Shown piece by piece: positions 9,771 to 20,215 of a DNA stretch of 64,000 nucleotides. The stretch comes from a virus (taxonomy: Duplodnaviria > Caudoviricetes): positions 154,949-218,948 of the IMG/VR virus record IMGVR_UViG_641201006_000001; one strand, given 5' to 3'. Position numbers and translations under genes: made by a program. Numbering within the stretch: the first letter of the stretch is position 1; the number at the start of each line of letters is the position of its first letter. Under the pieces are notes generated by a model. The model saw only the letters and a list, made by a program, of their open reading frames with translations, ran no database searches and was not told where the DNA came from.

Positions 9771-12314
9771 TTAAATGATGTAGCTTTCTACATCTACCTT
9801 TCCGCTTTTACGTTTCTTCTTCCTCTTCGGCGTTGGTTCCTCGTCGAATAGATCGGCAACTGGGTCAGCTTTCTTCACTGGTACAGATTGCTCGACTACT
9901 GCAAGTTCCTCCTTCGGAGCTTCTACCTGTGCCAAAGGCATAGTCGTCTTGATACCCATCTGCTTTTTCAGCTTCTTCGCATCACGAACGAGAACTTTGC
10001 TTGCGATGAACTGGTCTTTCTCCTCACCATTGTAGTAGCTCTTTTCTCTATAACCACGGACAACGACAATATTATCCTTATAGAGATGCTGACTACAAGA
10101 TTTAAACACGTCAGGGAAGACCGTAAATTCTAGCGGTTCCAGTTGTGTTTCGATTTCCACGAACGCCATATCCTCTTTGCGCTTCGTCTTGATGGTACGT
10201 ACTTTTGTAATACGACCACCTACATCATACTCCTTCTTGTCACGGCGACCACGGGATACATCCATATCAAGCAGTGGCGTAAATGGTAAGTCTTCATAAG
10301 GAGAACCGGAAACATAGATACCGATTAATTCGTGTTCCATTTGAAGCATTCGTTTTTCGTTGAACTGAGCTGGATCGTAAGCGAATGAGTGGTTCGCTTT
10401 CTCTTTCGAAGTCAACAGGTCTTCTTCCAGCCCATTCCACACTTTATCTTTACGTAATGTAAAGTTGTAGTGGTTCAGTAAGTTATAGCGATTTCGTTCA
10501 AACGTATCAAAACAGCCGGCCTCAATGAGTGTACGTATAACACCTCTATTAATCGGATTACTCTTCTGTTCTTCGGTCTTCACAAATTTGACAACGCATC
10601 TCGTATAGAAATCATCAAAGTCTTTATAGTCGCCATTATTATCTCTTTCACGTACGATGGCACGAACGGCTTTCTCACCAACGCCAGCGATAGAGAAGAT
10701 TCCAAACCGGATTGCCCCCGCATCCGGAGAGAAATCGGCGTAAGACTTGTTAATATCAGGTGGGAGAATGCGGATACCCATACGTTTTGCTTCTTTTAGA
10801 TTCTCCATTGTCTTCTCTTTGTCACCGCCACGAACGGACAGTAACGCAGTCATGAACTCAACGGGATAATGTACTTTCAGCCACGCAGTTTGGTATGTTT
10901 CGTCAGCGTAGCAAGCCGAGTGACTTTTATTAAAAGCGTACCCGGCAAAGGCTGCCATCTGTGAGAACAGGTTCTTTGCGAATGACTCTTTATAATTGTT
11001 TGTCACGGCTCCTACGATTTCGTGGGAATCCATTGCTTTCTTATTCTTCTTGATTGTGTTCTCGATGTCTTGCTTACGTAAGAACAAATCATTTCCGTCA
11101 TAGTCAGACTTTATGATGACGCCCTCATTGCCATCTTTATCTGTATGTTTCGGCATAGAATCGTACTTCGCAAGTAAGTTCTCGAACTTTTCAATTACAT
11201 ACTTATGACCATACATAAACTCGTCGTATAGCTTCGGCATTTCATCAATCTTCTTCTTACCGATGACACGACGGAAGTTGTCGGCATGACCTAAATTGTA
11301 TCCTGCAATTACTTGAACCAGTCCCATGATTTGTTCTTGATAAACCATCTGACCACGAGATTGCTTGAGTAAGGCGCGCATATCTGGATGAACATCAGAA
11401 AGGTACTCTTTTGGCTTTCGACTACCATTGAGTACATATTGTTGAGCGATTGTATTACCGTTTTCCAGAGTTGCATCTAGTGGGCCGGGACGGAATAATG
11501 CTAGAATATCAATTACTTCTTCTTGTTTTGCAGGTGCTACTTGACGGGTATAGGCTGTAATCCCTCGTCCTGCAACTTGGAACAGACCATGTGTCTCTCC
11601 CTTTGCCATAACTTCGAATGCTTTTGGATCGTCACGACCGATTGAATAAATATCAATACGTTTGCCTGTAGATTGTTCAATAAGGTCAATTGTCGTTGAG
11701 ATGATACGTAACGTGGATGTACGCAACAAGTCCATCTTTAGTAGCCCTACAGACTCACAATCGGGATAATCCCACATCGTGATTGGTAACACTGCTTTTG
11801 ATTTCTCTGTTGGTTTAATCGTTGGGCAATCCAAGTCTAGCGGACGTTTTGAAATGATGACACCGCCGGCATGAATACCACTCGTATCTATTGCACCCTC
11901 TATCTTACCTAGATAGTCATTCAGTTCAGGATACTTTGTCATCAGCTTACGGAACTGTTTACTTGCCTCGACGAACTTCGATAACGAACCGCCGTAACGA
12001 GCATAGTTCTCCGGATGAACAGAGATTTCCATCATGTCTTTGTAGGTACAGTCTTTTTGGTCTGGCATCTTTCCTTGATCGCCTGTTTCCTTTAATGTCG
12101 CTTTTACTTCATCAGCAACCTTGTAGCCATATTCCAATACCTTTTTCGGATTATCCGGGTCACGTTTCTCAAGCGCTTTACAAATTTTATCAATCGAAGA
12201 CTTCAATTTGAACTTCGTGAATGTTAAGACCTGCGCTGTTTTGTCACGTCCATAACGCTGTGCTACGAAATCGAGCAACATGTCATGATTGTCACCAGGG
12301 AAATCGACGTCAAT
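9771..12314 (-). CDS. dnaE: DNA polymerase III alpha subunit, exon 2
   Basis: IDVDFP, GIHAGGV, GLLKMDLL, RPGP, YQEQIM, YAFNKSH, PPDIN and a C-terminal OB fold. Confidence 0.95.
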   Translation of the reverse strand: MDVDFPGDNHDMLLDFVAQRYGRDKTAQVLTFTKFKLKSSIDKICKALEKRDPDNPKKVLEYGYKVADEVKATLKETGDQGKMPDQKDCTYKDMMEISVHPENYARYGGSLSKFVEASKQFRKLMTKYPELNDYLGKIEGAIDTSGIHAGGVIISKRPLDLDCPTIKPTEKSKAVLPITMWDYPDCESVGLLKMDLLRTSTLRIISTTIDLIEQSTGKRIDIYSIGRDDPKAFEVMAKGETHGLFQVAGRGITAYTRQVAPAKQEEVIDILALFRPGPLDATLENGNTIAQQYVLNGSRKPKEYLSDVHPDMRALLKQSRGQMVYQEQIMGLVQVIAGYNLGHADNFRRVIGKKKIDEMPKLYDEFMYGHKYVIEKFENLLAKYDSMPKHTDKDGNEGVIIKSDYDGNDLFLRKQDIENTIKKNKKAMDSHEIVGAVTNNYKESFAKNLFSQMAAFAGYAFNKSHSACYADETYQTAWLKVHYPVEFMTALLSVRGGDKEKTMENLKEAKRMGIRILPPDINKSYADFSPDAGAIRFGIFSIAGVGEKAVRAIVRERDNNGDYKDFDDFYTRCVVKFVKTEEQKSNPINRGVIRTLIEAGCFDTFERNRYNLLNHYNFTLRKDKVWNGLEEDLLTSKEKANHSFAYDPAQFNEKRMLQMEHELIGIYVSGSPYEDLPFTPLLDMDVSRGRRDKKEYDVGGRITKVRTIKTKRKEDMAFVEIETQLEPLEFTVFPDVFKSCSQHLYKDNIVVVRGYREKSYYNGEEKDQFIASKVLVRDAKKLKKQMGIKTTMPLAQVEAPKEELAVVEQSVPVKKADPVADLFDEEPTPKRKKKRKSGKVDVESYII

Positions 12315-13437
12315 CGCTTACACCGTCCCTTTCAGGATACTTTAACACTGCTTCCGCAGTCGGGCTAGACTATACCATTGTCTCTAGTGAGACACCCTTT
12401 GGTAGTCGTTGAGGGCTACTAATGTATCCCTGCTGATCGTCCATTGTTACGATGACGCTGAGTTGTATCTTCGTCATCATCCTTCTACTTGTTTCTGCTC
12501 TCGCTCCATATAGGCAAGAAGGCTTTAGGATGTTCCAGCATATTCAGGGTACGCACGGCACATCACTGAACCGTGGGACTATACTTTTAAGTAGCGTTGA
12601 TACTTTCGAAATAAATATATATTAGCGCCATTGTAGATATAGCGACCAAACTTTCTTACATCATCTTTTGCCATAAACTCAAGTGAGTAACTGTTCTTCG
12701 TGTCAGTATGTCGCTTGTGCAATGTAGGCTTGTGGTCTATGTGTTCAGCAAGAGTCGTTAAGAACTCTCGTGTACCCATTATCTTTACTGCGTATGTATC
12801 ATCTCTCTTACCGGAGTATGAGAATGAACCATCGCCATCAAAGTAACCACGAATGAAATGATGTACTAAATGTTTCGGTACAATATCTTCGCTAGGAAAC
12901 TTGAGAATCAGTGACTTGTTTTCGAATACACCCTTCTCAACTAAGTGAGTGTACATCGTCTTACTAGTGAATCTAAATCGGCAATACTTTGTACCTACGC
13001 CATAAGAGTTACCTTCGTATTCTCCTATTGGATGCGTAGCCCGCAAAGCCTCTTTAAATCGTGATAGGTGACCTTTATCTTTTATGCCTAATGCAATTCC
13101 TACATTGTAATCGTTACGTGTATTGGACACATAACCATCGGCATACATAAAGCCTAACCAGTAAGCCTTCTCTTGAGTGTCGATTGTTTCGAAAAATGAT
13201 TCATCAAGTGTGTACTTTCTGCTATTATCTCTTGGAGATCGCATTAGTCCACGTTCTTTCAGGGTGCGTTGTAGTTTATTTCTACCGCATCCTGTTGCCT
13301 TCCAAGCGTCTAGCAAGGGCATACCATTCTTATAAAATTCGATAGCTTTTTCTAACTTATCCATGTTATAACCTCCTAATAGGGAAATCAACGTCTATAA
13401 ATAGACTAACATGGAATTACGCTACGTTCAAGTAATA
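12315..13437 (-). mobile_element. Group I intron in dnaE (1123 nt) carrying a LAGLIDADG endonuclease
   Basis: Exon ends CCGCCCGAT (U); intron ends GTAAGCG (omega G); splicing restores SPPD|IDVDFP; P7 elements UCAACGACUA (12403-12412) and UAUAGUCU. Confidence 0.92.
12579..13364 (-). CDS. Intron-encoded double-motif LAGLIDADG homing endonuclease
   Basis: WLGFMYADG and FIRGYFDGDG motifs, N-terminal HTH; AGGAGG SD. Confidence 0.92.
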   Translation of the reverse strand: MDKLEKAIEFYKNGMPLLDAWKATGCGRNKLQRTLKERGLMRSPRDNSRKYTLDESFFETIDTQEKAYWLGFMYADGYVSNTRNDYNVGIALGIKDKGHLSRFKEALRATHPIGEYEGNSYGVGTKYCRFRFTSKTMYTHLVEKGVFENKSLILKFPSEDIVPKHLVHHFIRGYFDGDGSFSYSGKRDDTYAVKIMGTREFLTTLAEHIDHKPTLHKRHTDTKNSYSLEFMAKDDVRKFGRYIYNGANIYLFRKYQRYLKV

Positions 13438-14940
13438 ATCGGGCGGACTATCACGGTATGGTGATAAGAAACGCTCAAACATTAAACCATATTGTATCGG
13501 GTCAAGACGAGTAATGTCCAACAAGAACGCCATCATACTTCCGGCTGCGGAACCTCGACCGGGGCCTACTAGGAACTCCGGATAAAAGGCATACTTCGCA
13601 TTCGGTTTCGATACGACTTTTCGTTTGACTTTCTTCTTCTTGCCTGTCTGCTTATCCTTTACTACTTTCACAACAACTTCATGTACTTCTGCTTCAATCC
13701 ATTCTTTATTCTGCGGATAGGATAACCACTTATTACGGTCGGAAGCCCAAAGTAAAATATCCCATAGCAGTAAGAAGTATGAAGGGTACTTTTTCATTGT
13801 TACGATACGTAGTTCATGTTCTACACGTTCGATATATTCTTTTACGTTAATCTTGTAGCCATTTACTTCTACAAACTCCACGTAGCCGATTAAGTTATCG
13901 AATAGTAGTTTCTTGAGATAAGATGCATCAGTATGACCATCAGGACAATACGGGAACTCAGGCATCAAGTCCTTATTGAGTTCAATATCTACATTACAAT
14001 TGTCGGCAATCCAACAAGTATTCTCGATGGCGCTGTGAGGTACATTATTTTCATCAGCCCATTGATACACTTCATCTGCACTTGCTAGATGATACGTGTT
14101 TGTTCCGGAGTACGGTGCGCAATCATATACGCTTTGCTTACGACTAATCGCAACCAGTGCATGGTGAGCGTCTTTATCGTCCGGCTTTACATAGTGTACA
14201 TCTTTTGCATACACTAATGGAACCCCTGTGTCATTGGAAATTCTTATCAATGCTTCGTTTACAATTTCTTGCTCACGGGATCCGTTATCTTGTATCTCTA
14301 AGAAATAGCGATAGAAAAGATTATTACGACGCAGTATCTCTTGTTTTGCCTCCTCTTCCTTACCTTCTAAGATAAGCTGGGACGTTTCACTCGCAAGACA
14401 TCCTGTTGTCGCAATGATGTTCTTACCTAGCCCGTTACTTTCGATATAGTTCATATCGGTACGAGGCAATGGTTTTGGTGCATAATACACATACTGGTTC
14501 GCATCTGAAATAAGGTGCTGTAAATCAGCCCATCCTTGATTGTTTACTGGAATCATTGTAATGTGACGAGATGCGTTCCAGTTTCCTCTTGCGCAATCTG
14601 CTTTACTAATAACAGTTCTATCTTTTGCTTCGTACATTTCACATGCAGGAATAAACTTAATCCCCTCTTCCTCACATGCTTTCTTGAACTGAATAACGCC
14701 ACTGATATTACCGTGGTCAGTTAAGATAATCGTATCAATGCCAAGTTGTTTCGCACGCTTCGCTGTCTCTTTCGGTTTACACATTGCATCGGCAATCGAG
14801 AAGATACTATGCATATGAATGTGAACGATACGACGTGGCTTCTTGTTAGATTTGACTGCATCTAAGTCGTCCGAGAAATCGAATATTTCATCGTCGCTTA
14901 CTACGTTTAGTTTTTTCTTTCTCTTTGTTTTTGTTACCAT
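13438..14940 (-). CDS. dnaE: DNA polymerase III alpha subunit, exon 1 (PHP domain to palm)
   Basis: HIHMHS, LTDHG, DVHY, GPGRGSAAGS, FERFL; ATG 14940 after GGGAGG; spliced product about 1348 aa. Confidence 0.95.
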
Positions 14941-15409
14941 GATTCGTCCAACCTCCCTCTGCTTTGCTCCACCATAATACCATATAAGTGAGTCCTGCAT
15001 AGAGGCTCAAGAAATAATGCTCATATGTTCGGTGACCTTTCTGTTCATTACATGTACGGCAACAACATGCTAAATTCTTTGTTAAAATCGAGCCACCTAA
15101 TCGTTTGGGTCTAACATGATCGACAGTTAACTCTGGATGATCCTTATGCATTTGTGTACCGCATAAGTAACACGTATAGTTATCACGTTCAAATGCTTCC
15201 TGCTTAAATACAGCTTCATCTTCATAGTGATACAATACTTGAATAGTAGTAGGGTCTAACCAAATGGATTTATCCGACTGAACAGAATGAGCCGCCCTGC
15301 TAGGCGTTGTGTACCCAGCAGGATTGCCATTCTTATTTAAAACACGGATACGTTTAGAACTCGTCGTCGTCCGAGATTGGTTCTTTTTCTTCTTCATCTT
15401 CGTCCTCAT
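14888..15409 (-). CDS. HNH endonuclease with PLMP/RRXRR-like N-terminus (IshB-like)
   Basis: RDNYTCYLCG...TVDHVRPKRLGG...NLACCCRTCNEQKG; N-terminal VLNKNGNP..TTPSRA...TIQVLY. Confidence 0.8.
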   Translation of the reverse strand: MRTKMKKKKNQSRTTTSSKRIRVLNKNGNPAGYTTPSRAAHSVQSDKSIWLDPTTIQVLYHYEDEAVFKQEAFERDNYTCYLCGTQMHKDHPELTVDHVRPKRLGGSILTKNLACCCRTCNEQKGHRTYEHYFLSLYAGLTYMVLWWSKAEGGWTNHGNKNKEKEKTKRSKRR

Positions 15410-16040
15410 CGTCCCAAGCTACCCATTCATCTTCCTCTTCCTCGGCTGCTGACGCAACTTCTTCCTCTGCTAATTCAATCGCAATTGGAGGATTATGAAG
15501 ACTCGTCGGATTCTCTCTAAACTTCTTGTCTTCCATTTCAATTTGGTCAGGAGATGGTAACTCACCTTTTAGTTCACTAATCTTCCATGAACCATACGTA
15601 AGAGTTGGCGTAACCGCACAATCCACTACGCTCACAAGATGAGATGCTTTCTTTAATTGTCCTACTACATATTCGTATTCTTCCTTCGTAACTCGTGCAA
15701 CTACGTGTCTTGTATCAGGCATCGTAATCCAGTATATCGTTTGCATGATAACTGGGTTTGCACTATGGATATTATCAACATACATTGTTTTTGATGTCGC
15801 TGTAATATCCGCAATATCTACCTTGATAACTTCTGTTTCGGATACTTCTTTGCAGACAATCTTACGATTTCGTGCATTTTCAGGTAGATCAGCAGTCGTA
15901 TCCTTAATTGGTAATTTCTTTTTCACGTCGGCAGTAGGCTTCGGCTTTGCTTTCTTGCGTTTAGCCTCTTCTTCCTCGATAATTTCTACTACGTCCACCG
16001 ACTTGTCTTTTGCGGCCTTGACCTTCTTCTTCGTTCCCAT
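15354..16040 (-). CDS. Hypothetical protein with basic N-terminus and acidic C-terminus
   Basis: 228-aa ORF; GGGAGG SD. Confidence 0.75.
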   Translation of the reverse strand: MGTKKKVKAAKDKSVDVVEIIEEEEAKRKKAKPKPTADVKKKLPIKDTTADLPENARNRKIVCKEVSETEVIKVDIADITATSKTMYVDNIHSANPVIMQTIYWITMPDTRHVVARVTKEEYEYVVGQLKKASHLVSVVDCAVTPTLTYGSWKISELKGELPSPDQIEMEDKKFRENPTSLHNPPIAIELAEEEVASAAEEEEDEWVAWDDEDEDEEEKEPISDDDEF

Positions 16041-16141
16041 CTCGATTCCTCCCTACATAATGCTTCCTAACTTCTTGTCTCGCAATTTCTCCTGCAACCA
16101 CCCGCAGAACTGTTTGTACTAATGCTTTTAACAATTTGTCA

Positions 16142-17227
16142 TCACCCTGTCGCCAAAATACAAGTGTGAGCCACACTGCTTTCCGGTCGAAGTGTAAGTG
16201 GTTGTTTATCACGAACACCAACTGTAATCATATCAGAATCAATATGTTTTACAACATCAATTATTCGTTTCACGCTGACACTAACCTCAGTTGCTTCACC
16301 TTGTAGCTTGGTCATTATGAACTCGGAGAAATTACCCTCCTGTGAATTTCCTGTTAGCGTTACTTTTCCCTTTTCAAACTGTAATATACCACTACCATCA
16401 ATCATGATAGAGGCACGGTCAAGTAAGCCCAACAGTTCGTCTCTGTCCGCTAGGAACTGTAAATCAAACTCTTTACCGGGTAAGACGTTATCTGTGTTCG
16501 GGAAGTTACCCGCAAGTGTTGGAAGATGATACGTCGCAAGTCCAGTCTTCACAATAAAATGATTGTTTTCACATGCTTGCATCGTTACCTTCTCATCATC
16601 TGCTACTACCTTCGCACAATTGACGAGCGACTTCTTACCCAGCACCACATTAAATGGGTCTGACTTAATCTTTCGCTTGTAATTCGCAATCGTAAAGCCG
16701 TCTGTACTAGTCAATTTCAGAAGATTACCATCTGATACAAACTGTATGCCCTGTAAGATAGGACGACTTGCTTCACGGCTAGAATCTGCCGCAAATGCTA
16801 CGTTATTAATCAGCTTCTTAAACACTAGACCTGACATATCAAATGAGAACTTCGATTGTAGCTTCGGTGTTTTCGGGAAGCTCTCTTCTTGATACGAAAT
16901 AAACGTCTGCTGTCCTTTCGCTGGCTTCGTCTTGAGTTGCAGGCCACCGCCTTTGCTAATGGCAAACATGACAGTCTGTACGTCTAGCTTCGATACGTAT
17001 GCAATGAACTTCTTCGCTTTCACTACAAATTTACCAGTTTCTTTTACACCAGCAGGAACCCATACTTCGGTTGTGTTACTGCCGTCTGTCGTTGTTAGCT
17101 TAATACGGTTGGTTTTCTTACTGGCATAAATCTTAATACCTTCATGCCCTTGTGTCTCTGTACCAATGGTATCTTTGACAACCTGCAATCCTTTCTTTAG
17201 TTCGTCGAGTGCCACGTCAACTTTCAT
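16142..17227 (-). CDS. dnaN: DNA polymerase III beta sliding clamp
   Basis: 361 aa; three-domain pattern with TTTDG, SRPILQGI, STDG and GNFP motifs. Confidence 0.9.
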   Translation of the reverse strand: MKVDVALDELKKGLQVVKDTIGTETQGHEGIKIYASKKTNRIKLTTTDGSNTTEVWVPAGVKETGKFVVKAKKFIAYVSKLDVQTVMFAISKGGGLQLKTKPAKGQQTFISYQEESFPKTPKLQSKFSFDMSGLVFKKLINNVAFAADSSREASRPILQGIQFVSDGNLLKLTSTDGFTIANYKRKIKSDPFNVVLGKKSLVNCAKVVADDEKVTMQACENNHFIVKTGLATYHLPTLAGNFPNTDNVLPGKEFDLQFLADRDELLGLLDRASIMIDGSGILQFEKGKVTLTGNSQEGNFSEFIMTKLQGEATEVSVSVKRIIDVVKHIDSDMITVGVRDKQPLTLRPESSVAHTCILATG

Positions 17228-17277
17228 CGTAAAACCTCCTTAAACATGCAAAAAAGCCCGTGCGAGCGGGCTTCATC

Positions 17278-17775
17278 TTATTTATTCAACATTGCTTTTA
17301 ATTCAGGGTCAGCATACGGTTTACCCCATGCAGCTAACATGATCTTTGCTTCTTCTGCGTATTCAACAGGAAAACGACCGCTTACTTTCGTAATGTCACG
17401 CTGTAATCGAGAGTCATTATGTTTCTTCTTCTCGAATCCCGGTGGTGGCGTAATCGTATTATAATCGACATGTAATTTCTCATGGTCGATACGTAGCGTA
17501 AGAAGTCTTGTTTCTCCCGATGGAGCTTTATTTAAACGCTTTGCGACAGCTTCGCATACTGTATGGAATCTACTTAATTCATGTACAATTGCATCTTTGT
17601 CTTTTGCGTTATCATACTTCCCTTTTATCTGTACGCCTTTCACATTCACAATGACTTCAAGGTTATCAGATAAAGGGAACGACTTAATAGCTTCATCGTA
17701 TACTTCTTCTTTTACACGGAACCCATAGGCTCCACGAATACTATTTTGTGATGACTGCGATAATGTCTCGTTCAT
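17278..17775 (-). CDS. Hypothetical protein
   Basis: 165-aa ORF overlapping the groES 3' end; start uncertain. Confidence 0.7.
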   Translation of the reverse strand: MNETLSQSSQNSIRGAYGFRVKEEVYDEAIKSFPLSDNLEVIVNVKGVQIKGKYDNAKDKDAIVHELSRFHTVCEAVAKRLNKAPSGETRLLTLRIDHEKLHVDYNTITPPPGFEKKKHNDSRLQRDITKVSGRFPVEYAEEAKIMLAAWGKPYADPELKAMLNK

Positions 17776-18055
17776 TGATTACCAAGAACTCCTCTCCATC
17801 TAAGCTAACTGGTACACCAGCCATGCGAGAGTAAATAACACGTTGTCCCGGTTCTACATCCATTGGGATACGTCCGCCGTCAGGTTTACGTTGACCGTCA
17901 CCAATGGCAACAACAACACCTTCGAATTTTGGATCTTTATCACCTGTTGGTAAGATAATACCACTTGCTGTTGTATCAGATTCTTTTTCTAGCTTGATTA
18001 CTGCTCTAGCTCCTAATACTTGAATGCCTTCATATCCATCTAAAAACTTTGCCAT
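17741..18055 (-). CDS. groES: Co-chaperonin GroES
   Basis: TTASGIILP mobile loop, GVVVAIGDG, INERDIIA. Confidence 0.93.
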   Translation of the reverse strand: MAKFLDGYEGIQVLGARAVIKLEKESDTTASGIILPTGDKDPKFEGVVVAIGDGQRKPDGGRIPMDVEPGQRVIYSRMAGVPVSLDGEEFLVINERDIIAVITK

Positions 18056-18067
18056 TTCCTATTCCTC

Positions 18068-18514
18068 CTACTTGACTGCATGTGCTTTAATTGTTGATTT
18101 TGCTGCGATAAGAGACTTTTCCCAGTTCTCTCCTCGCAACATCTCATCTAAGTATACATAAAGAGCCGCATTCTTTCCAGCTTCGTCTAAGTCATACTTG
18201 TCATCGTCAATCGTGCGGAACACATGGCGTACTTCTTTTAACTTGTTTTGTCCTGCCGAAATGTTTCCGATTTTCATGCCGAAACTATTCAAGAACTTCT
18301 CGAACGTAGCTGGCTCCATTTCTTGGCTGAATGCTTGTTGGTAAGAGCCGTTTTCTCCCAAGTATTCAACCGTAGCAATGATTTCATACGGCTCTTCTTT
18401 TGTGCGCGCGCCTGTTACAAAAGCAATACGTTCATCTAATAAATACGCTGCTCCTGCAAAATATAATGTATGTTTTGTTCCGATTAATTCACTACGTTGT
18501 GATGCAAATAACAT
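18068..18514 (-). CDS. Hypothetical protein
   Basis: 148-aa ORF; GGGAGG upstream. Confidence 0.7.
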   Translation of the reverse strand: MLFASQRSELIGTKHTLYFAGAAYLLDERIAFVTGARTKEEPYEIIATVEYLGENGSYQQAFSQEMEPATFEKFLNSFGMKIGNISAGQNKLKEVRHVFRTIDDDKYDLDEAGKNAALYVYLDEMLRGENWEKSLIAAKSTIKAHAVK

Positions 18515-18533
18515 ATCACATGCCCTCCCTATA

Positions 18534-19157
18534 TTACGCTAACATATCTGCGATTGGTTTGATGCTTCCCCATAAGTCATTCGTTCTTGCCTTGAACTCT
18601 TCTGTATCTAAGAAGTTACGTGGATGATAAACAGGAATGACAGGAATGCTTTTATTCCCTAAATCAAAATCAAACTCTTCACCGATTGCTGTATCTATTT
18701 TAATTGGTTGTTGTGCTAATGCTGATATAGCTGTCGTACCTAATGCAATGATAACCGTTGGCTTCGTTACCACTATTTCATTATGCAGATACTTATACCA
18801 GTCTTTAATCAAACTCATATTAACCGCTTCTACTGGTTCTTTAAATACTTGTGTCCAGTATACATCGCTAATCTTAATCCCGACACGATCTAACAGGTTC
18901 ATTAAGTAGAAACCATACATGCCAAATCCACTAAAGCCGAAAATCTCTTCTGACTGTTCCGGTTTGTCGCTCACAATCATTACTTCCGGTGTCATTGTTC
19001 CACTTGAGATTACTGTGCCTTGACGTGGTAAATACTGATGCATTAACCCTATTGACTCGTAATGAAGAAACATCTCCCGTGAGACACGGGAGACATCTGA
19101 TTCCTTCATTCCTTGTTCAACAAGAGACTGTATGACTCTATGCTGCGTCATAGACAT
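18534..19157 (-). CDS. Uracil-DNA glycosylase family 4-like protein, degenerate active site
   Basis: VMIVSDKP, VYWTQVFK, KPTVIIALGTTA, PVYHP. Confidence 0.75.
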   Translation of the reverse strand: MSMTQHRVIQSLVEQGMKESDVSRVSREMFLHYESIGLMHQYLPRQGTVISSGTMTPEVMIVSDKPEQSEEIFGFSGFGMYGFYLMNLLDRVGIKISDVYWTQVFKEPVEAVNMSLIKDWYKYLHNEIVVTKPTVIIALGTTAISALAQQPIKIDTAIGEEFDFDLGNKSIPVIPVYHPRNFLDTEEFKARTNDLWGSIKPIADMLA

Positions 19158-20215
19158 TACTTACCGAATAAAGTCTTTTTAATGTGAGCTTTTACTTCGA
19201 CAACTTTAACTTTACCGTTTTTCGCTTTCGGTGGTTTGATACCGTGTTTCTTCATGATAGCTTGGATTTCCGCTTTTGTTTCAAGAGCGTCGATGTCCTC
19301 AGGAGTTAACTCATCTTCTTCGTCTTCCTCATCATCATCGTAGTCCTCTTCATCATCTTCTTCTTCGTCATCCTCTTCCTCATCGTCAGACTCGTCTTCG
19401 TCCTCATCTTCTTCCTCTTCCTCGTCGTCCTCTTCTTCTTCATCGTCATCTTCTGCATCTTCTTCGTAGCCTTCTTCTTCATCCTCTACGTCTTCTACAG
19501 AATCGTTTTCGATTTCAGCATCGTCTTCTTCCTCTTCGTCGCCCGGTAATGCGAATCCAAGATATTCAGCTAATGCTTCTGCTAATTCATCCAGTTTAGA
19601 ACGAGAGTTGATACCTTCAAGAGCTAGAGGTTTTGCGAATGCCCAAAGTTTCTTTGTACCTAATTTACGTAACTCTTCATAGTTTGTTACGCCTTCTGGT
19701 GCTTCCACTGTATCTTCCTCTTCTTCATCATCGTCGCCGTCTACATCTTCGAACTCATCTTCGTCTTCCTCGTCCTCTTCAACTTCCTCGACAGGCTCTT
19801 GTTTTGCTTTCTTTTTCTTTTTAGCTGGCTTTTCTTCTACTTCTTCCTCGTCGTCATCAGCAGCTAAATCTTCGTTCTCTTCTGCTGGTGCTACTTTGCC
19901 TGCTGCAAGTTCTTGTAAGTAAGTTGTTAATGCCACTAATTCTTCTTGCGTTAATTTCGTTGGATCTTTACCTACTAATGCTTTCGCATCAATACCGCCT
20001 TGTAATGATTCTAACTTCACTGTTTTACCGGCACTTGCATGTTTAATTTTGCTTGATACTTTTACTGTTTCGCCAACGATTTCACCGATTTCTTCACCAG
20101 CTTTTGTTGTTGCGATGAACTTGTCACCCTTTTTAATAATATGGAATGCATCCTTTGCAATTGCTACGATACCTGCGAATACTGTTGCACCTGATTTACT
20201 TTTTAATTGAGTCAT
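19157..20215 (-). CDS. Very acidic low-complexity protein
   Basis: 352 aa with long D/E tracts between short helical segments. Confidence 0.8.
   Translation of the reverse strand: MTQLKSKSGATVFAGIVAIAKDAFHIIKKGDKFIATTKAGEEIGEIVGETVKVSSKIKHASAGKTVKLESLQGGIDAKALVGKDPTKLTQEELVALTTYLQELAAGKVAPAEENEDLAADDDEEEVEEKPAKKKKKAKQEPVEEVEEDEEDEDEFEDVDGDDDEEEEDTVEAPEGVTNYEELRKLGTKKLWAFAKPLALEGINSRSKLDELAEALAEYLGFALPGDEEEEDDAEIENDSVEDVEDEEEGYEEDAEDDDEEEEDDEEEEEDEDEDESDDEEEDDEEEDDEEDYDDDEEDEEDELTPEDIDALETKAEIQAIMKKHGIKPPKAKNGKVKVVEVKAHIKKTLFGK

Noticed and set aside
7141-13420. Shared ATGTTAG upstream of both homing endonuclease genes
   Set aside because: Too short to distinguish from chance
5381-14940. recA and dnaE as pseudogenes or intein-containing genes
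   Set aside because: The inserts contain stop codons, U/omega-G splice boundaries and P7 elements, and precise removal restores conserved motifs, so they are group I introns
15961-16221. 86-aa ORF between dnaN and the 15354 gene
   Set aside because: It overlaps both neighbours extensively and has no clear SD; a shorter internal start cannot be excluded
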